Source: Truepera sp.
GTDB lineage: Bacteria; Deinococcota; Deinococci; Deinococcales; Trueperaceae
Reading direction: 5' to 3'
Assembly (NCBI GenBank): GCA_965218435.1
Contig: CBDCKW010000009.1
Span: forward strand, 1,536,001 to 1,600,000
Length of the DNA: 64,000 nucleotides
Part shown: one piece after another, positions 58,680-64,000 of the stretch
How the letters are laid out: each line of letters starts with the position of its first letter
Position numbering within the stretch: the stretch's first letter is position 1
Position numbers and translations under genes: made by a program
Notes under the pieces: model-generated
Database searches by the model: none
Seen by the model: the letters and a program-made list of their open reading frames with translations, nothing else
Told to the model about the DNA's origin: nothing

Positions 58680-59855
58680 ATGATTAAACCCGCACTAGTA
58701 CCGAGTACGCGCGTCTCGAGCTTTGGCGAGACGGTTTTTGCCACCTATACCCGTCTCGCCGAGCAGTACGGAGCCGTCAATTTAGGGCAGGGGTTTCCCG
58801 ATTTTGCGCCGCCGGACTTTGCTTTGGACGCGCTGCGTGACGCGGCTTCCGGGCCGCAGCAGTACGCGCCGCTGCCAGGGTTGCCGGTGCTGTTAGAGGC
58901 AGTAGCTAAAAAGATGTCGGTGAGTTTGGGCCGAGAGGTGAGCGCACCCGAAAACGTGCAGATTACTGTGGGCGCGACCGAGGCACTTTTTGCGGTTATG
59001 CAGGCGTTTGTGAATCCGGGCGATGAGGTGATGGTGCTCGAGCCCTTTTACGACGCCTACCCCGCCGACGTCATCATGGCGGGCGGCGTACCCAAATTTG
59101 TGGCTTTAGAGCCGCATGGTAACGACTGGATACTAGATTTTGACGCGTTGGCAGCAGCGTTTACGGATAAAACCAAAGCCATTATCTTGAATACGCCGCA
59201 CAATCCGACCGGCAAAGTTTTTACGGCAACCGAACTCGATCAGATTGTGGCGCTCGCCGAACGTTACGACACGCTGATCGTCAGCGACGAGGTTTACGAG
59301 CATATCGCCTTTGCGGAGCATGTGAGTATTGCTGGCCGTCCGGGAGCGTGGGAACGGACGCTTACGGTCTCGAGCATCGGCAAGACGTTTTCAGTGACGG
59401 GCTGGAAAGTCGGTTGGGCCGTCGGGCCGGAGGCGCTCATCACCCCGCTCCGGCGGGCGCACCAGTGGATACCGTTTGTCGTGGCGACGCCTTTGCAAAG
59501 AGCGTCGGCAGAACTGCTTAAACTCGCTGAGACAAACGGTTACTACGCAGAGCTTGTGAATATGTTTCAGCACAAACGGGATTTGCTCTTAGCTCAGCTT
59601 CAAGGCACCCCGTTTCGGGCGCTCCTGCCCCAGGGCGGGTATTTTGTCATCGCCGATAGTTCTGCGCTTGGTTACAAAAACGATATTGACCTCTGTAACG
59701 CACTGCCGGAGCGGGTCGGCGTCGTGGCGATTCCGCCGAGCGCGTTTTACTCGGACGCGCACAAGCACCTAGCCAAAAACCTCGTGCGGTTTGCCTATTG
59801 TAAGTCGGACGAAATGGTTTTGGAGGCTGGCAGACGGCTCCAAGGGCTTGCGTGA
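58680..59855 (+). CDS. PLP-dependent class I/II aminotransferase (YbdL/kynurenine aminotransferase-like)
   Basis: NLGQGFPDF, NTPHNPTG, SDEVYEH, SIGKTFSVTGWKVG. Confidence 0.92.
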   Translation: MIKPALVPSTRVSSFGETVFATYTRLAEQYGAVNLGQGFPDFAPPDFALDALRDAASGPQQYAPLPGLPVLLEAVAKKMSVSLGREVSAPENVQITVGATEALFAVMQAFVNPGDEVMVLEPFYDAYPADVIMAGGVPKFVALEPHGNDWILDFDALAAAFTDKTKAIILNTPHNPTGKVFTATELDQIVALAERYDTLIVSDEVYEHIAFAEHVSIAGRPGAWERTLTVSSIGKTFSVTGWKVGWAVGPEALITPLRRAHQWIPFVVATPLQRASAELLKLAETNGYYAELVNMFQHKRDLLLAQLQGTPFRALLPQGGYFVIADSSALGYKNDIDLCNALPERVGVVAIPPSAFYSDAHKHLAKNLVRFAYCKSDEMVLEAGRRLQGLA

Positions 59856-60568
59856 GCCTACTTTTCTTGCTCGGGCTTACCGGGGTTGGGAAAACTACCA
59901 CAGTCGAGGCCCTCCAAACCGGCGGCGTCTCGCTAACACTGCTCCCCAACCGCCGCACCCTGACAGACGAGCTGATTATTCCTGAAATGCAGCGTGCAGC
60001 AGAGCAACCCATAGAACGAGTGACCGACCGCTTGGAGCGGTTTGAGCTGACGCGGCGTTACCGCGAGACCTATCCGGGCGGGGTGGTTTATGCACTGGTG
60101 CAGTATTTAGAAACTTGCGCTTACAACGACCAAAAAACGTTGCTGTTTGACAATTTGCGTGGCTTAGACGAAGCCCAAGCCGCCGCCCAAACGTTTCCGA
60201 GTGCGCGTTTTATCTTGCTTGACGCCCCTCCACTCGTTAGATTATTACGGCTCGTCGGACGAAGTGACCGCTTTGATCAGGTGGCCGCGACGCGGTTAGA
60301 AAACACGACTTTTGCTGAGCAGTTGCTGGCGCTTAAAGGACTGGAAATTTTTGACCCCTACGAACTCGCGCGTTTGGAGGCCAGGGGCGTCCCCGAAGCC
60401 GACCTCTTAAAAGCTGTCCGCATCATCTTGGGCGAAGCGCAACACTACGATATGGACGCCGCTGCCGCCTACTTGCGCGAGACGCAAACTGCCGAGAGCT
60501 TTTTATATCTGGACACGGCCGACCTCTCCCCCAGTGAGGTGCAAACGCAGCTTCAGGTGTGGCTTTAG
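59852..60568 (+). CDS. P-loop kinase-like protein
   Basis: GLTGVGKTT Walker A, LLFDNLRG, LDAPPLVRLLRL (NMP-kinase-like fold). Confidence 0.72.
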   Translation: MSLLFLLGLTGVGKTTTVEALQTGGVSLTLLPNRRTLTDELIIPEMQRAAEQPIERVTDRLERFELTRRYRETYPGGVVYALVQYLETCAYNDQKTLLFDNLRGLDEAQAAAQTFPSARFILLDAPPLVRLLRLVGRSDRFDQVAATRLENTTFAEQLLALKGLEIFDPYELARLEARGVPEADLLKAVRIILGEAQHYDMDAAAAYLRETQTAESFLYLDTADLSPSEVQTQLQVWL

Positions 60569-61653
60569 TGTCGTCTATCACTTTTGTTGAGACGCGGCCC
60601 CTTCAACTGGCCCTTAAGAGTGCGCTCCGCTGGGGCAAGTCCAGCGAACTCACCAAGTTGGAGCACGTCCTCGTGTCGGTCTTTGACGACGCGGGCAACG
60701 TCGGCACGGCTGAAGCGCCGGTACGCCCGACGATTTACGGCGAGACTATAGCGAGTATTCAGGCGGTAATTCAAGGGCACCTGGCCCCGAGTCTGGTCGG
60801 CTTAAAGACAACTGACAGGGCCGCGCAGCAGGCAGTTTTAGCGCGTATCCCCAACAATCACTGCGCCAAAGGTGCGCTCGACACGGCGCTCTGCGAACTG
60901 CGGGCGAAAGCTGCGGGCCAGACCTTGTTCGAGGCGGAACGGGGCGAACGGGAGCACGTTGAAGTCAGCTTTATCCTCGGCATGGCTGAATTAGCCACGG
61001 TGCTCGCCGAAGCTGAAGAGGTGTTTGCACAGGGCGTCCGCGTCTTTAAGGTCAAGGTGGGCCGGAGCGCGGCGCACGATGCGGAAGTTTTAGGGGCGCT
61101 CCGGCACACCTTTGCGGGCGCGGGCGTGACGCTCTACGCCGACGCGAACGAAAGTATGAACCCGGACACGGCGGCGCACGACTTGGTAAGGCTTGACAAG
61201 CTCGGCGTCGCCTATGTTGAGGAACCTTTATCCGTTCATCTCCTTAAGAAAAGAGCCGCGCTAAAACAAGCCGAGATTCTGCCGATTATCGCCGACGACT
61301 CGAGCTTTACTCTCCCCGATTTGGAACGCGAATTGGACTTCGACACCTTCGATATTTTGAACCTCAAAACAGCGCGTACCGGTTTTACGGTCTCAGGGCA
61401 GATGTTAAGGTTGGCCCGGAACGCCGGTAAAGGCGTGATGGTCGGGTCGCAGGCGTCGGCCGGACTCGGGACGCTGCACGCCGCGATTTTTAGCAGCAAG
61501 GCGGGCGTGACGCACCCGTGTGAGCTGAGTTTTCCGCTCAACTTAGAAGCTGACATTCTGGACGCGCCGCTGAGGGTTGAGGGCGGGATGCTCGAGGTCA
61601 AAACACTGGCGGCGCGGAGGCTTTCACGCGCTGTTTGGGACCCGCAAAGGTGA
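60559..61653 (+). CDS. Enolase-superfamily (MLE subgroup) enzyme
   Basis: FKVKVG, YADANE, VEEP, ADDS and NLK catalytic/metal motifs. Confidence 0.88.
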   Translation: MALVSSITFVETRPLQLALKSALRWGKSSELTKLEHVLVSVFDDAGNVGTAEAPVRPTIYGETIASIQAVIQGHLAPSLVGLKTTDRAAQQAVLARIPNNHCAKGALDTALCELRAKAAGQTLFEAERGEREHVEVSFILGMAELATVLAEAEEVFAQGVRVFKVKVGRSAAHDAEVLGALRHTFAGAGVTLYADANESMNPDTAAHDLVRLDKLGVAYVEEPLSVHLLKKRAALKQAEILPIIADDSSFTLPDLERELDFDTFDILNLKTARTGFTVSGQMLRLARNAGKGVMVGSQASAGLGTLHAAIFSSKAGVTHPCELSFPLNLEADILDAPLRVEGGMLEVKTLAARRLSRAVWDPQR

Positions 61654-61699
61654 GCAGCTGCTACGGCGCTCAGCGCGCCGCCTCGGTAAGGTAATTAGC

Positions 61700-61917
61700 A
61701 TGAACCGCGCAGATAACGAGACCCCATAGTCATAGCGTTCGGCCTCCTAATTGCCCTTTGCACCGCTGTGGTCTGTGTGCTCGCCGTCCTGCTCAACCCC
61801 GGCCTCGGCGTTTTGCTGGTGGTAGTCAGTGTGCTTGCCGGTATTTACGCCTTTAGAAGCGTACTGGGGAGAGCGGCGAGGGCGCGGCGTAAACGTACAA
61901 ACAGCAAAAAAAGCTGA
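61700..61917 (+). pseudogene. Small two-TM membrane protein with a frameshift in a C-run
   Basis: The ATG 61700 frame stops at 61727. One extra C at 61722-61725 joins it to IVIAFGLLIALCTAVV...RKRTNSKKS*. Confidence 0.5.
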
Positions 61918-61930
61918 GTTTGGGGCTGCT

Positions 61931-62152
61931 TTAGCGGTCGTGCAGCTGAAACACCAAGTTCCCTAAAGACCGCGCTTCTTCTTCCCTTGCTTTGGACACG
62001 GTGTCGGAGCGTTCGCGCCACCTGAGGTGACGCTCATAAGTCACGCCGTAAACCTCTTGTAGCGCAGCATTAACACCCTCTTGAACCGAGTTTGGGTCGA
62101 GTTGAGGGTGCTCGCGTATCACGCGGGCGGCAATCGCGGTAAGTCTCTTCAT
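61931..62152 (-). CDS. Hypothetical protein
   Basis: 73-aa ATG ORF with AAAGGGA RBS. Confidence 0.5.
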   Translation of the reverse strand: MKRLTAIAARVIREHPQLDPNSVQEGVNAALQEVYGVTYERHLRWRERSDTVSKAREEEARSLGNLVFQLHDR

Positions 62153-62731
62153 CTGGTCCCTTTCTTAGAAGTCTAGCTTAAGCAAAAGAACCGGCCCGGG
62201 CATCGGGCTTTTGCCGTAGTCCGGTTTAGCCCTCCGGGTCTAGTACTCCTGCGGTGGTTGTCGTAGCCACTGACGTTTACTGAGCGTAGCTGCTGAGCGC
62301 AAAGCTTGCAGGTCTTAGCTGGCAGGAGTTCACTCGAGCTGTACGTTACTGCTGGGCTGCCGAAAGATGACCGTTTTACTCGCTCACAGCTCACAAGGGA
62401 TGCTGTCTACAGCTGGGCAGGTCTTAGGGGCTCGAGCATCCCTTTAGAACATAATCCCAGGCGGCTTCTTTTGTGCATAAACCTCAGTTCTGGACGCTAG
62501 AACACTTCGCCGGAACATCATTTGCGGTACCAATGCGGTACCAACGCCTTTTTCGCAGTTCAAGCGACTTGGTGAGCGCACACACTTTTTGTGTATAGGC
62601 GGTGGCATGATAGGTTGATGCAAGAGGGTGGCAGCGTGTGGTGCGGAGCAAAGCCTCATTAAGACCCGCTAAGTCTGCACCGTGCAGTCTGCCAAGGCTT
62701 CTGCTGCAGTGTCTCGTGAAAGGAACAGATT

Positions 62732-63529
62732 ATGGCAAACAACGTTATCGGCCTATTTGAAAACAAGGACATCGCCGACCAGGTGGCTCAAGAACTTAAA
62801 GACAACGGCTTTAAGGAGCGGAATATCAACCGCTTTGAGGGCGACCAGAGCGACATCGAAAACGAACTCGCGCGTGAAGGTGTTGCCAACACCGACGCCG
62901 ACTACTACGCCGACGGTCTCCGGCAAGGCGGTGCGCTCGTTTCGGTACGGGTTGAAGACAACCACGTTGACGAAGCGGTCGAAATTATGAACCGTTACGC
63001 TAGCAGCAGTGACGGCGACTATGACAGCAGTTACGATAGCAGTGCCGACGCTACCGGTCTTACAGACGCGGACGCTGTCGCTGCAGCTGATACCGGCATA
63101 ATGGGAACGGACACAGCGGCTACCGGTACGGCGCGCGCCGACACCGTAAATACCGAAGGCGAACAGCGTTTAGACGTAGTTGAAGAGCGCATTAATATCG
63201 GCAAGCGCGAAGTGCAGCGCGGTGGGACGAGAGTACGCCGCGTCGTTACTGAACGCCCGGTCGAAGAGCAGGTCACCCTCCGCGATGAGACCATTCGCGT
63301 TGACCGCCGCCCGGTCGACCGCACGGTCGCTAGTGCCGACGGTGACGCCTTTTCTGAGCAGACCTTCGAATTTACTGAAACCGACGAAGAGGCGGTCGTC
63401 GCCAAAGAAGCGCACGTCGTCGAAGAAGTTGTCATCGGCAAAGATGTTGAAGAGCGTACCGAAACCGTCCGTGATACGGTGCGCCGCGCCGATATCGAGA
63501 TCGAAGAAACCGATCCTGACCGGAGCTAA
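62732..63529 (+). CDS. YsnF/AvaK (DUF2382) domain stress protein
   Basis: YADGLRQGGALVSV, EERINIGKREVQRG, EEQVTLRDE, VVEEVVIGK, VRDTVRR. Confidence 0.9.
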   Translation: MANNVIGLFENKDIADQVAQELKDNGFKERNINRFEGDQSDIENELAREGVANTDADYYADGLRQGGALVSVRVEDNHVDEAVEIMNRYASSSDGDYDSSYDSSADATGLTDADAVAAADTGIMGTDTAATGTARADTVNTEGEQRLDVVEERINIGKREVQRGGTRVRRVVTERPVEEQVTLRDETIRVDRRPVDRTVASADGDAFSEQTFEFTETDEEAVVAKEAHVVEEVVIGKDVEERTETVRDTVRRADIEIEETDPDRS

Positions 63530-63575
63530 GTAGACGACGCCGAGCTAAAGCTCAGCTGTCCACAAAATAACGGTA

Positions 63576-63610
63576 GGCTGCTCCTAGACATGCTCTAGGA
63601 GCAGCTTTTT
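63576..63610 (+). terminator. Rho-independent terminator
   Basis: gctgctcctag-acatgct-ctaggagcagc followed by TTTTT. Confidence 0.75.
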
Positions 63611-63661
63611 AGGGAGAGACGACTAACTTATAGAAAAAGCTAGGAAAAACTAAAGGAGAAC

Positions 63662-64000
63662 ATGGTGAGTCAAACAGCTGTGGTCGTCGTTGATATAGAA
63701 GGCTTAACTTTTAGTGCCCAGCTCGAGCCCGCACCACCTAACACGGTAACCGGAGCAGGCGAAGCGCAAACGCTTTTACGCTTAACTGATGGGACGCAGT
63801 TTCTTGTTCCTACCGAGTTGCTGGCTAGAAGGCCCGATGGTCGCTACGACCTTCGGTTAAGGTTACGCGAATATGCAACCCAAACAGACCCGGACTCGGA
63901 TATGGACTCAGAAGACGTAGAACCGGAAGCCGGTGCGTTACCGGTTCAAACAGCCGAAGCGGGCGACACTGTTATCCCGGTCGTTGAAGAGAGATTAACG
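63662..64000 (+). CDS. Second YsnF/DUF2382-type protein, partial
   Basis: AAGGAG RBS; open to the window end, finishing GDTVIPVVEERLT (start of a DUF2382 domain). Confidence 0.7.
   Translation, partial: MVSQTAVVVVDIEGLTFSAQLEPAPPNTVTGAGEAQTLLRLTDGTQFLVPTELLARRPDGRYDLRLRLREYATQTDPDSDMDSEDVEPEAGALPVQTAEAGDTVIPVVEERLT

Noticed and set aside
1..64000. CRISPR array, tRNA/rRNA, prophage
   Set aside because: No repeat-spacer series, RNA gene signatures, integrase or phage structural genes were seen; RusA alone does not indicate a prophage.

Overview
GC-rich bacterial chromosomal window. It is most consistent with Deinococcota (Truepera-like); this is an inference from the fused PxpBC, many leaderless-type starts and a strong CTCGAG excess. 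Contents in order: (1) 1-11.5 kb, a LacI-controlled minus-strand sugar/hexuronate catabolic cluster (ABC binding protein, fused double permease, xylose-isomerase-like TIM barrel, two Gfo/Idh/MocA dehydrogenases, mannonate-oxidoreductase-type SDR, LarA-family nickel-pincer epimerase, small PRTase, uxaC), followed by a degenerate relic copy of the PRT/uxaC junction. (2) pxpA-pxpBC, an Ugp-type ABC set, a TetR/SDR/NmrA cluster, a GGDEF-EAL protein, a K+/H+ antiporter and an AI-2E transporter. (3) A small TA cassette, a decayed hydrolase, an intact IS982 and a MITE. (4) A ynjBCD/ynjF/TVP38/flavoprotein-disulfide-reductase module. (5) malQ, nucleoside ABC permeases, an AT-rich frameshifted gene and MoxR/DUF58. 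(6) An orphan PrnC/CtcP-type flavin-dependent halogenase paired with a luciferase-like monooxygenase. (7) A zeta-like ATPase apparently fused to its partner by a 1-nt deletion, leuB, and a RusA plus PD-(D/E)xK-HEPN two-gene cassette (candidate defence/TA system). (8) An aminotransferase-kinase-enolase trio and YsnF/DUF2382 genes. I saw no rRNA, tRNA or CRISPR array. All family calls come from recognising motifs by eye; no searches were run.
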